Assembly (NCBI GenBank): GCA_963665665.1
Contig: OY762428.1
Coordinates: 1,984,001 to 2,048,000, forward strand
DNA length: 64,000 nt
Direction of reading: 5' to 3'
From: Candidatus Kapaibacterium sp.
GTDB taxonomy: Bacteria; Bacteroidota; Ignavibacteria; Kapaibacteriales; UBA2268
Shown here: in pieces, positions 50,950 to 60,767 of the stretch
Layout of the letters: each line of letters starts with the position of its first letter
Numbering within the stretch: position 1 is the first letter of the stretch
The notes under the pieces: generated by a model
The model's database searches: none
What the model was told of the DNA's origin: nothing
The model's input: only the letters and a program-made list of their open reading frames with translations
Program-made: the position numbers and the translations under genes

Positions 50950-53370
50950 ATGTACGTTTCATATAATTGGCTTAGAGAATTAACCGAGATAAAACAATCG
51001 CCCGCTGAACTGGATCATGCAATGACTATGCTGGGCCTTGAAGTTGAAGGTATTGTTGATTATAAAGAAAAATATAAGAATTTTTTCACCGGCGAAGTGA
51101 CAAAAGCCGAAAAGCACCCCGACGCGGATAAACTAACTATCTGCGAAGTAAGTACGGGAGCTGAAAATTATAATGTTATTTGCGGCGCTCCGAATGTGGC
51201 GCAGGGACAAAAAATAATATTTGCCGCCCCGGGCGCCCTGATACCTTCGGCAGGTTTTAAAATTGAGAAAAGAAAGATTCGCGGAGTTGAATCCAACGGT
51301 ATGATATGCAGCGAAACCGAACTTGAAATCGGCGATGACGGAAGCGGTATTGTTGTACTGCCGGAAGAAACGGAACCCGGTATCCCCCTTTCCGATTACC
51401 TGGAACTCAATGATATTGTTTTTGATGTCAGCCTGACACCGAATAAATCCGATTGTAACAGCCATATAGGTGTTGCCCGTGAAGTAGCCGCTTATAATAA
51501 AACAAGCGTTAACTATCCCGACACAAATCCTGTGGAAGGCGGAAACGACGTTAATGATGAAATTAAAATAGAAATTGAAGATACTGAAAACTGCTACAGG
51601 TATATTGGCCGGGTGGTAAAAGGCATTAAAGCAGGGCCGTCCCCCGAATGGCTGAAACAAAGGCTTACCGCAATTGGCCAAAGGCCTGTTAACGTGGTGG
51701 TGGACGTTACCAATTACGTGCTGATGGAATACGGCCAGCCTCTGCATGCTTTCGACCTGAAAGAGGTTCAGGGCAGGAAAATAATTGTGAAAAGGGCTGC
51801 AAAAGGCGATAAATTCACTACATTGGACAGCAAGGAACGCGAGCTTGATGATAATATGCTGATGATCTGCGACGCTGAAAGACAGATTGCCGTTGCCGGA
51901 GTTATGGGCGGCGAAAACAGTGAAGTGAGCGATGAAACTACTGATATTCTTATCGAGTCGGCTTATTTCTTCCCTACTTCTGTTCGTAAAACATCCAAGA
52001 AACTTGGAATACAAAGCGAAGCTTCCTACCGCTTCGAGCGCGGCGTGGATATTGAAAATGTGGAAGCTGCTGCCGACAGGGCTGCAAAACTTATTGCCGA
52101 ACTTGCCGGTGGAACTGTTTGCAAGGGCAAAGTTGACGCTTATCCCGTGAAACAGGAGAAATTGAAACTGAATCTCCGCTACGCCAAAGCAAGAAGAGTT
52201 ACGGGTATTGACGTCAGCGACAGTGAAATAAAAGAGATATTTGAAAATCTGAACTTCCCGATTATCGAGGAAAATGATGAAGGCCTTACCCTTGAAATTC
52301 CGCCATACAGAGTTGATATCAGCTACGAGATTGATCTGATCGAAGAAGTTGCCAGGATGTATAACTATGATAATATTCAGCCGGATTACTCATCCGTGAT
52401 TAATTTCGGTGCTGTGAAAGTTCCTGAGCACCTTGCCGTACCGGCGCTTCGCGGAAGAATCAGAGATTATCTTATTCCCCGTGGTTTCAAGGAAATAATC
52501 ACACAAAACATCACCGATCCGACATCGGCATCAATATTTACCGACAACCCGATAAAGATTTCCAACCCGCTTGGCGAGGAACTATCGGTAATGAGGCCCT
52601 CGCTGATACCGTCAATGCTTAAAACAATCGAAAGAAATATCAGGTTTGGCAATCATGACCTCTGCTTCTTTGAATTGGGAAAAGCATTCAGCCATGTTGA
52701 CGACAGGGAAGATACTTTTATAAAAGGACACAAAGAGCAGGAATATCTGCTTATTGCCATGACGGGTAATAAAGCTCCTGTAAACTGGAATTCCGAGCGG
52801 GGAAACGCTGATTTTTATGATATAAAAGGCGTTTTCGAGGAAATGATAAGCTTCTTCAGGCTTCGCTCGTTTAAACTTCAGGCAAAAGCCGATGAAAATG
52901 GAATTTTTGGCGGAAATTCCCTTGCTGTTAAATACCGCAAGGATATAATTGGAAGACTTGGCGAGCTGTCCGGTAAACTTTTGAAAAAATTTGATATTGA
53001 CGTGCCCGTTTTTGTATGCCTGCTGGATATGGAACAGCTTTATGCAACAGATATCAAGCATCCGCAGTACAGTCCGGTTGCTCCCTTCCCCGGCAGCAAG
53101 CGCGACCTTGGCTTTATTGTTGATAAGGAAGTCAATTCGGGCGAGATAAAAACTATGATAGATAACAAGGGCGGTAAATACCTTCAGAACACAACAATAT
53201 TTGATGTTTACGAGGGTAAAAACATTGGAGAAGACAAGAAAAGCGTGGCGTTTTCACTTCTCTTTGCTTCGCCGAAGAAAACCCTGACGGACAATGAAGT
53301 TGATGCAGCCGTTAATGGGATAGTTAAAGCCGTGGAAAAGAAATTCCAGGCTGAGCTTCGCAAGTTCTAA
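50950..53370 (+). CDS. pheT: Phenylalanine-tRNA ligase beta subunit
   Basis: HPDADKL, CGAPNV, RGVESNGMICS, GQPLHAFD, RFERG, DLIEEVAR, C-terminal FDX-ACB. Confidence 0.97.
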   Translation: MYVSYNWLRELTEIKQSPAELDHAMTMLGLEVEGIVDYKEKYKNFFTGEVTKAEKHPDADKLTICEVSTGAENYNVICGAPNVAQGQKIIFAAPGALIPSAGFKIEKRKIRGVESNGMICSETELEIGDDGSGIVVLPEETEPGIPLSDYLELNDIVFDVSLTPNKSDCNSHIGVAREVAAYNKTSVNYPDTNPVEGGNDVNDEIKIEIEDTENCYRYIGRVVKGIKAGPSPEWLKQRLTAIGQRPVNVVVDVTNYVLMEYGQPLHAFDLKEVQGRKIIVKRAAKGDKFTTLDSKERELDDNMLMICDAERQIAVAGVMGGENSEVSDETTDILIESAYFFPTSVRKTSKKLGIQSEASYRFERGVDIENVEAAADRAAKLIAELAGGTVCKGKVDAYPVKQEKLKLNLRYAKARRVTGIDVSDSEIKEIFENLNFPIIEENDEGLTLEIPPYRVDISYEIDLIEEVARMYNYDNIQPDYSSVINFGAVKVPEHLAVPALRGRIRDYLIPRGFKEIITQNITDPTSASIFTDNPIKISNPLGEELSVMRPSLIPSMLKTIERNIRFGNHDLCFFELGKAFSHVDDREDTFIKGHKEQEYLLIAMTGNKAPVNWNSERGNADFYDIKGVFEEMISFFRLRSFKLQAKADENGIFGGNSLAVKYRKDIIGRLGELSGKLLKKFDIDVPVFVCLLDMEQLYATDIKHPQYSPVAPFPGSKRDLGFIVDKEVNSGEIKTMIDNKGGKYLQNTTIFDVYEGKNIGEDKKSVAFSLLFASPKKTLTDNEVDAAVNGIVKAVEKKFQAELRKF

Positions 53371-53424
53371 AGCAGGATTTGAAATGGGACTAATTCATGA
53401 GTTTGTCTCAAAGATTTGACAAAC

Positions 53425-53496
53425 GGTCATCCTGAGCACAGCGAAGGATCCGGAACATGTATGAAAACTGGATTCTTCACTTCGTTCAGAATGACC
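53425..53496. repeat. Palindrome family 2 copy
   Basis: GGTCATCCTGAGCACAGCGAAGGATCC...GGATTCTTCACTTCGTTCAGAATGACC. Confidence 0.85.
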
Positions 53497-53596
53497 ACTT
53501 GGCAAAAAAAGAACACGAGTCATTCTCATGATTAATTTAAACAATATAGCCGTTTAATGATCATTTAATGATTAAAAACTACCTCTCAGGTGAATT

Positions 53597-55639
53597 ATGG
53601 CAGCAGATGAAAACAAAATGATATCCGGTAAACCGGGAGAAGATATTCAGGAAACTATTATAAACCTGTGGGATATGATATATCGCCTAAGCGATAAATA
53701 TGATAGTATCCGTAAGCAAAATGCTTCAAAAAATGAAGAAATTGAAAACCTGAATGCCAGGCTGGACGCGGAAAGAAGTTCACGTGACGAACTAAGCGGC
53801 GCTGCAGGCAATATGGAGCAGAAGATAGAAATTGCCGAACAGGAAATTCACGAAAAAAACCTTGCTATTGTGGCCCTGGAGGAAAAGCTGGCAAAAGCAA
53901 GGGAGTTTGAAGATAAATACAATCGTATAAATTCGGAATACGAAGCGCTTTTGTCTGAAAACAATGATTACAAAAACAGGGCTTCCGGTATTCCCGAACT
54001 GACAAGACAACTGAATGAGGAAAGGGAGTTACATTCCGGGCTGAAGATCAGAACTGATGAGCTGACTGCAGAAATTGAAAAACTCAGAAATACAGGCAAA
54101 GACCTGGAATTCACGAAAAAAGAAATTGCCAGGAAGAACGTGGAATTGCATTCCAAGAGCGAAAAACTATTGGAGCAAAAGAATCGATTATCATACCTTG
54201 AAAGCCGCCAAAGGGAATATGATGAAGTTGTTAGTAATAATGCCAGGTTGACACTGGAAAACACTTCCCTGAAAGATAAAATATGGGAACTGGAAAACAA
54301 GCTTGACAATTCCACCGGGGAAATTTATGATCTGAATAGAACTATCGAAAATATTGAATATAAAGCAGAATCAGAGAAAGCCGCTTCCGGTAAAATCATA
54401 AGCCAAAAGAATGCAACTATTGACAAATATTCAAATATTATCATTGATAATAAACTAAAAATTATAAAATTACGCAGGCAGGCCGCTGATGCAGGGCAGC
54501 AAAATTCATTTCTTTCGGATAAATTGAAAAAAGCTCTGGAAAGCAAAAAGGATATACTTTTCTGGAAGGATAAATATTATAAGCTGATGAAAGAATACGA
54601 GGAAGCCGAAGAAAAAATATTTACAATCCATGAACAAAGTCAGGCGATAAAGCTTGAATTAAGAGGTAAAGAAGAAGTTATTAATAATTTAAACAGCGAA
54701 CTTTCTGTGTTAAAAAGCAGATATGAGGCATTGAAGGAAAATACCGAAAAAGCTGAAAACATTATAAAAGACCTTAAAAACGAGAAATTTATACTCGAAG
54801 GCCGTATCGATCAGATGAAGAAGGAATTGGATGAATCCGGAAGCAGAATAAAAACTGCAGAGGGTCGGCAGGATGAGATTAAAAACCTGATATCTGAAAA
54901 CGAGAACCTGAAAATGGCTATCATAAATAAAGATATGCAGGCCGACGAATCCGAAGGCCTGCTGAAGAATCTCAGGAATGAAAAAATATTACTCGAGTCC
55001 CGAATATCAGAAAAAGAAAAAGACCTGGAAACCTTTAAGGATAAGATCAGGTCTCTTGATAACGAAATTAACAGGTACAAAGCCCTGCTGGAATCGGATA
55101 ATGACAAAGGTGAAAAACTTGAAAAACTCAACCAGGTAATAAGCAGCCAGGCATTCGATATTGATGAGCTTAGAAGTGAAAACAAAAATTTGAGAACACT
55201 CAATGACGAGTTCCGATCATTGAAAAACAATGCTGAACAGAAAAGAAAAGACCTTCTGGAAGAAAAACAGGAAATTGAAGCGAAACTTGTTGCTCTTATG
55301 AAAGAAAAAGAAATAAACGAACTGAAACTGAATAACAGTCTGAACCTGGCAGAAGAAGAAAAACTTATGCTTGAAGCCCGGATAAAAAATATTGAATCCG
55401 GGAGCCGGAAAATATCCGAAGAAAAGCAGATTCTTGAATCGGACTTGAAAGCCCGGGACATAAATTTGCAGGAGTTCAAAACTGCAAAGGAATTACTTGA
55501 GATGGAAATCAAGAAGAAGGAAGAGGAAATTTCTGATTCTATTGCCAAAATCCAGGAACTGGAATCAAGGCTGGGGCAGATAGAGCAAAAACTTGTAAAT
55601 TCAATTGATTTGGCTGATAAATTGCTAAGCGGTAATTAA
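53597..55639 (+). CDS. 680-aa all-coiled-coil protein in the usual ZapB-like position
   Basis: E/K/L-rich heptads over its length; no TM segment or signal peptide; between pheT and zapA. Confidence 0.8.
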   Translation: MAADENKMISGKPGEDIQETIINLWDMIYRLSDKYDSIRKQNASKNEEIENLNARLDAERSSRDELSGAAGNMEQKIEIAEQEIHEKNLAIVALEEKLAKAREFEDKYNRINSEYEALLSENNDYKNRASGIPELTRQLNEERELHSGLKIRTDELTAEIEKLRNTGKDLEFTKKEIARKNVELHSKSEKLLEQKNRLSYLESRQREYDEVVSNNARLTLENTSLKDKIWELENKLDNSTGEIYDLNRTIENIEYKAESEKAASGKIISQKNATIDKYSNIIIDNKLKIIKLRRQAADAGQQNSFLSDKLKKALESKKDILFWKDKYYKLMKEYEEAEEKIFTIHEQSQAIKLELRGKEEVINNLNSELSVLKSRYEALKENTEKAENIIKDLKNEKFILEGRIDQMKKELDESGSRIKTAEGRQDEIKNLISENENLKMAIINKDMQADESEGLLKNLRNEKILLESRISEKEKDLETFKDKIRSLDNEINRYKALLESDNDKGEKLEKLNQVISSQAFDIDELRSENKNLRTLNDEFRSLKNNAEQKRKDLLEEKQEIEAKLVALMKEKEINELKLNNSLNLAEEEKLMLEARIKNIESGSRKISEEKQILESDLKARDINLQEFKTAKELLEMEIKKKEEEISDSIAKIQELESRLGQIEQKLVNSIDLADKLLSGN

Positions 55640-55794
55640 GAATTAATAAATATCTTATTGATTCGTTAATATTTTTACGAATAAAAAATTTGTTTGTTGA
55701 CAATTTAAAAGTTAATTTAACCTTGAATTTTATTAAATTTTTACTATTATTAATATAAGTTAGTGAATTCTTCTGAAGTATAACCGGAAATGAA

Positions 55795-56076
55795 ATGGCA
55801 GAAACTGTAAGAGTAACAATCGGTGGCAGGGAATACTCCCTGGTAGGGGAAGATTCGAATCTTACCCGAAATGCTGCGGAAGAAGTAAATAAACAAATAA
55901 AGGAGCTGAAAAAGAACTACGGGGATGAGTCCTCGAATACTTTATCCGTGCTGGCAGCGCTAAATATAGCCGAAGGTTCCTTACGGGACCGGCAGCAAAA
56001 TGACACAGATATGAAATTCGCTAATATTGAATTAAATAAAATGGCGGAATTTTTAAAATCGACCATAGATAGATAG
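55795..56076 (+). CDS. zapA: Cell division protein ZapA
   Basis: VRVTIGGREYSL...AAEEVNKQI...VLAALNIA; pheT-zapA-rny context. Confidence 0.9.
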   Translation: MAETVRVTIGGREYSLVGEDSNLTRNAAEEVNKQIKELKKNYGDESSNTLSVLAALNIAEGSLRDRQQNDTDMKFANIELNKMAEFLKSTIDR

Positions 56077-56229
56077 GATTAAAAGCGGAGCAATTATTTT
56101 TGTAATTTTAAATACAACCGAGGTTTAATGGGTATTTGATATACTGTTTTAATAAAATCATATTATAATTATATCATTTTATATGACCGCTTTTCTACGC
56201 GTTCTTTGAATTTGTTCAGATTATTTCAG

Positions 56230-56436
56230 CCGCATTTGGTTTCATTGTCACACGGATAAAGAACATATAATTTTTATAAAATGGGAGGTAGGCTCCGTTT
56301 TTTAACAGCAGGCCTCATACCGCAACCCGGTAAGTCCTTCACGGGGCTCAGTGGAAACTGGAGATTGACGGGATGCCACCCACTGTGTCAGAGAGAGTTC
56401 TTTCTCTCGTGCACTTTAAAATGATACTAAATGCGG
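56230..56436 (+). ncRNA. ssrS: 6S RNA
   Basis: Terminal pairing CCGCATTTGGTTTCATT / AATGATACTAAATGCGG and inner CACG..AAAGAAC / GTTCTTT..CGTG; ~200 nt, T tract after; canonical position between zapA and rny. Confidence 0.8.
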
Positions 56437-56610
56437 TTTTTTTATTTTTTTAATTTAGAATTTTCGAGGAAAGCAGGCTGACTTTCCGCGCCCGTGTTAT
56501 CAGGGGGTGATAAGGGCGTTTAAGTGTTAAAGCCATCTTTTTAGTTAAACCCGATGGGATTGTTTAATTATTAATCCGGTTAATCCCGGAAGCGATAGGA
56601 GATTGAACTA

Positions 56611-58173
56611 ATGAGCGAATTATTTATCGTGCTGGCCTCCCTGGCCGGCCTGATTGTCAGTTTCTTCCTTGGCTATACAGCCGTGAAGAAAATATCTACG
56701 GCAAAGCTTGAGGACGCCGAGAAGAATGCCAAAAAAATCCTTCTTGATGCCGAAAAGGATGCTAAGAATGCAAAAAAAGAGAAGATGCTTGAAGTTAAAG
56801 AAGAATGGCATCGGAAAAAACAGGAATTTGAAAGCGAAACGCAATCCAAACGAGCAAAGATACAAGTGCTTGAAAAACAAATCAAAGCTCGCGAAGAAGG
56901 TATAGAAAACAAGCTTGATATCATCCTGAAAAAAGAAAAGCACCTTCAGATATTCGAAGAAGACCTGCACAAGAAAGAAGACAAAATAAAAGAGAAGGTA
57001 GCCAAAGCCGACGAAATTATCGATGACCAGATGAAAAAACTTGAACAGATCAGCGATCTGAGCAAGGAAGATGCAAAAAAGATGCTTATCGATAACATGG
57101 TTAACGACGCAAGAGTGGAAGCCGCGCAGCTGGTAAAACAAATAAAAGACGAAGCACAGTCGCAGGCTAATCGCGAAGCGCAGAAAATAATTGTTCAGGC
57201 AATACAAAGAACTGCTTCCGACCACAGTGTTGAAACTACAGTATCTGTTGTAAGCCTTGACAGCGACGAAATGAAAGGCCGCATTATCGGACGCGAGGGA
57301 AGGAATATCCGTGCGTTTGAATCTGCAACCGGAATTGACCTGATTATTGACGACACCCCCGAAGCCGTTGTTATATCCGGGTTTGATCCTTTCCGCAGAG
57401 AAGTGGCTAAGATGTCGCTTGAACGCCTTATGCTTGACGGACGTATTCACCCGGCAAGAATAGAAGAAGTGGTTAATAAAACCCGTAAAGAACTGGAAGA
57501 AGAGATTTCCCGCGTTGGCGAGAACACGGTTCTTGACCTCGGACTGCACAGAATGCACCCGGAACTGGTAAGAATGATCGGTAAAATGAAATACCGTTCC
57601 AGCTACGGCCAGAACCTGCTTAACCACTCGATAGAGGTTTCTTACCTTTGTGGTATTATGGCAGCCGAACTTGGAATGGATACAAGCCTTGCCAAGAGGG
57701 CAGGCCTGCTTCATGACGTAGGTAAATGCGTTGACAGGGAAACAGAAGGCCCGCACGCCCTTATCGGACTTGAGCTTGCTAAAAAATTCAAGGAACACCC
57801 GATTGTATCAAATGCTATCGGCGCCCACCACGAAGACATCGAAATGGAATCAACCATTGCCGTTCTCGTTCAGTCTGCTGACTCGATCAGCGGCGCAAGG
57901 CCCGGAGCAAGGCGTGAGTCTCTCGAAAATTATATCAAGCGCCTTGAAAAGCTGGAATCTCTTGCAAACGGTTTCGAAGGAGTTGCCAAAACATTTGCAA
58001 TCCAGGCAGGCCGTGAAGTCAGGGTTATTGTTGAACCTGAAAGAGTTGACGATCCTTCGGCAGACAATATGGCTTCATCCATTGCCGAAAGGATTGAACA
58101 GGAAATGGAATATCCGGGCCAGATAAAGGTTACGGTAATCAGGGAACGCAGGAGCGTTTCTATAGCCAAATAA
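56611..58173 (+). CDS. rny: Ribonuclease Y
   Basis: N-terminal TM, coiled coil, KH (MKGRIIGREGRNIR), HD (LLHDVGK), SGARPGARRE. Confidence 0.97.
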   Translation: MSELFIVLASLAGLIVSFFLGYTAVKKISTAKLEDAEKNAKKILLDAEKDAKNAKKEKMLEVKEEWHRKKQEFESETQSKRAKIQVLEKQIKAREEGIENKLDIILKKEKHLQIFEEDLHKKEDKIKEKVAKADEIIDDQMKKLEQISDLSKEDAKKMLIDNMVNDARVEAAQLVKQIKDEAQSQANREAQKIIVQAIQRTASDHSVETTVSVVSLDSDEMKGRIIGREGRNIRAFESATGIDLIIDDTPEAVVISGFDPFRREVAKMSLERLMLDGRIHPARIEEVVNKTRKELEEEISRVGENTVLDLGLHRMHPELVRMIGKMKYRSSYGQNLLNHSIEVSYLCGIMAAELGMDTSLAKRAGLLHDVGKCVDRETEGPHALIGLELAKKFKEHPIVSNAIGAHHEDIEMESTIAVLVQSADSISGARPGARRESLENYIKRLEKLESLANGFEGVAKTFAIQAGREVRVIVEPERVDDPSADNMASSIAERIEQEMEYPGQIKVTVIRERRSVSIAK

Positions 58174-58207
58174 ATTCAGCAAATTTGATTTTTGCATTGT
58201 ATATATG

Positions 58208-58236
58208 GTCCGGTGCGTAAGCTCCGGACTTTTTTT
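58208..58236 (+). terminator. Intrinsic terminator after rny
   Basis: GTCCGG-TGCGTAAGCT-CCGGAC followed by T-run. Confidence 0.8.
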
Positions 58237-58348
58237 AAATAAAAATTTGCTGTATCTCCTGGTGGAAGTTTATCATGAAAAGCCATCTACCTGGATAAAT
58301 TAAGTAAGAAAGCATCAGGAATGTTTGTTTGTTAGTTTTTTAGTTCAA

Positions 58349-58396
58349 CCCTTCCGAAGGAGGGGCTTACTGCAAAGCCCTCTGCTTCGAGGAGGG
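58349..58396. repeat. Degenerate CCCTCC..GGAGGG double-hairpin REP-like element (family 3)
   Basis: CCCTTCCGAAGGAGGGG and CCCTCTGCTTCGAGGAGGG adjacent hairpins; single copy in window. Confidence 0.45.
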
Positions 58397-58592
58397 TTTC
58401 ACACTGCGTGTGTTTGGGAGGGATCGCAAACTGAATTAGAATAATCAATAATTGCAATTTCAAAAAACACGTTGGTTCCGGATGTGTGAAATTAATATTA
58501 TGACTTTACCTGATAATTTCCTGCTTTTCTCTTCGGCTCAATATGATTATTTTTGCCCGAATAGTGATTTATAACAACGATCATGAAATAAA

Positions 58593-59588
58593 ATGCCGAA
58601 AAAAATTATCAGAGACGAATATACTGCCAGAATAAACCGCGTGTTAGATTTTATTCAGGATAATCTGACAGAAAAGATGAACCTGAAACAACTTGCCGGA
58701 ATAGCAAATTTTTCGCCATATCATTTCCATAGAATATTCAGCGCTATCACAGGCGAGCCGTTAAATAAATTTATTCAGCGCGTTAGAATCGAAAAAGCGG
58801 CAATATTGCTGCTTACTAACCGCGACAGGCCGGTAACTGATATAGCGTTTGATTGTGGTTTTTCCGGATCGGCAGCTTTTGCAAGAACCTTCAGGGATTT
58901 TTATGGTATGTCGGCATCTGAATGGCGCAGCGGGGGTTACGAAGAATATAGCAAGAATCGTAAATCATATAGCAATTTCAGCAAACAGGATGGCAAGCAT
59001 TGTAAAGATTCCGATCAACACTTCAGGTATATTTGCAGCGTAGTTGATATTAATAATAACAAAATCAAATGGAGAGTTGAAATGGAAAACAACAAAAACA
59101 TGACAGCAGATGTTGAAGTTATTGATATTCCGGATATGACTGTAGCTTACGTTCGTCATATCGGCCCATATAAGGGAGACAGCGAGCTGTTTGGCAGGTT
59201 GATCGATAAACTGATGAAATGGATTTGCCCCCGGGGGCTTTTCATGCCGCCAAAAAGTCAGCTTATGGCAGTATATCACGACGACCCTGAACTGACTGAT
59301 GAAGATAAGCTCAGGATGAGTATAGCAGTAAATGTGCCTGAAGATACCGAGGTAAGTGGTGAAATTGGTAAAATGAAATTGGAAGGCGGACAATTTGCGG
59401 TTGGACGTTTCGAACTTGCCGGTGATGAGTATCCAAATGCCTGGGCTGCTATGTACGGCGGTTGGCTGCCGGAAAGCGGCTACCAACCGGAGGACAAACC
59501 ACCCTATGAGATATACAGGAATGACCCTAAGGAACATCCCGAAAACAAGTGTATTGTTGATATTTGTATTCCGGTTAAACCTTTATAG
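58593..59588 (+). CDS. AraC-family regulator with C-terminal GyrI-like ligand-binding domain
   Basis: FSPYHFHRIF, IAFDCGFS..AFARTFR; VAYVRHIGPY, WLPESGY, DICIPV. Confidence 0.92.
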   Translation: MPKKIIRDEYTARINRVLDFIQDNLTEKMNLKQLAGIANFSPYHFHRIFSAITGEPLNKFIQRVRIEKAAILLLTNRDRPVTDIAFDCGFSGSAAFARTFRDFYGMSASEWRSGGYEEYSKNRKSYSNFSKQDGKHCKDSDQHFRYICSVVDINNNKIKWRVEMENNKNMTADVEVIDIPDMTVAYVRHIGPYKGDSELFGRLIDKLMKWICPRGLFMPPKSQLMAVYHDDPELTDEDKLRMSIAVNVPEDTEVSGEIGKMKLEGGQFAVGRFELAGDEYPNAWAAMYGGWLPESGYQPEDKPPYEIYRNDPKEHPENKCIVDICIPVKPL

Positions 59589-59758
59589 ATCATTATTATT
59601 GCAATAACTATGCAAATCACTCCTTTGCCGTTTCAGGTGGTAAAGGAGTTTTTTTTCCGGCTGACTTAAATTGTCCGGAGAAGTAGGATATGATTATTCT
59701 TCAAATCATAGTACCACAGTATCAGACGAACATTAACATCATTTATATGTCTGGAAAT

Positions 59759-59845
59759 AAAAAAACCGCGAGTCAGGTGCCGGAAGCTCGCGGTAGGTCG
59801 TATGTACTTGGATTGAGAAGGAGTATATACAATTTATACTACGGG
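59759..59845 (-). ncRNA. Candidate small RNA (~85 nt)
   Basis: Minus-strand TAATTTTG promoter (59850-59857), 5' hairpin, CU-rich loop-free tract, terminator ACCGCGAG/CTCGCGGT + U-run; no minus-strand gene needs this terminator. Confidence 0.45.
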
Positions 59846-59928
59846 CACACAAAATTAAAGTTTCATTATATTATCATTTTTTTTATTTTATGTTCAAACA
59901 GTTGAACTATTCTCGGACAGAGGTTATT

Positions 59929-60579
59929 ATGAATTCAGATAAATCGCAATATTTCCCAATACTGGTGAATCTTGGAAAATTCAAATCACTTGTTATAGGC
60001 GGGGGCCCCATTGCTTTCAGGAAAGCTATGAACCTGCTTAATTTTGGTGGCCAGGTAACTGTTCTTACCCCTGAAATGTGCCCGTCAATGCAGGCTCTTG
60101 CAGATGAGAAAAAAATTGAACTAATGCAGAAATCTTATGAAAAAGGAGATGTTAACGGCTATTCCTTTGTATTTGCCGCTACGGATAATGAAGAAGTTGA
60201 CAATATGATAAAAGATGATTGCGATAAACTCGGAATTCTGCTGAATGTTGCTGATGTTCCCGATCTTTGTAACTTCATCATGCCTGCAACGATCAAAAGA
60301 GGACGCTTTATTGCAGCAATATCAACCCAGGGTGATGCCCCGTTCTTTGCAAAAGAAATGAAGCAGCATATCAGCAAAATATTATCCCCAATGGTTGCCG
60401 ATGTTACCGATCTTGCCGGAGAGTTTCGTATCCGATTGATGAACGATCCGCGATATGGCAACCCTGAATTGAGATATGAGCTTTTCCATAAATTCCTGGA
60501 AATTAACTGGGAAAAAGTTCTCTACGAATACGGCAAAACCGGCGCTGATAAAAAAATGGATGAGCTTTTTGCTGAATAG
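59929..60579 (+). CDS. Precorrin-2 dehydrogenase / sirohydrochlorin ferrochelatase (SirC/Met8p, CysG N-terminal type)
   Basis: YFPI, VIGGGPIA.RK, AATDN, NVADVPDLCNF.MPA, ISTQG..P. Confidence 0.88.
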   Translation: MNSDKSQYFPILVNLGKFKSLVIGGGPIAFRKAMNLLNFGGQVTVLTPEMCPSMQALADEKKIELMQKSYEKGDVNGYSFVFAATDNEEVDNMIKDDCDKLGILLNVADVPDLCNFIMPATIKRGRFIAAISTQGDAPFFAKEMKQHISKILSPMVADVTDLAGEFRIRLMNDPRYGNPELRYELFHKFLEINWEKVLYEYGKTGADKKMDELFAE

Positions 60580-60767
60580 TGTTACTTGTACTAAATGAAT
60601 TTTTAAAAAGCACCGGTATTATTTCTGGTGCTTTTATTATTTTTTTTGATTAACCTATCAGCTTCAACAATTTGTGGAAAAAGATATTTCATTTTCAGTT
60701 AATTTATGAGTAGCTTTGCATAATAATTTATATTATGAAATAAAATATTGATTCTGAAAAACTGAAT

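Noticed and set aside
51133-57798. Long minus-strand ORFs (51133-52014, 54811-55548, 56620-57798)
   Set aside because: Antisense to pheT, the coiled-coil gene and rny; composition reflects the sense-strand codon bias.
59690-59905. 71-aa plus-strand ORF
   Set aside because: No recognisable features; the region is better explained by a minus-strand promoter and terminator.
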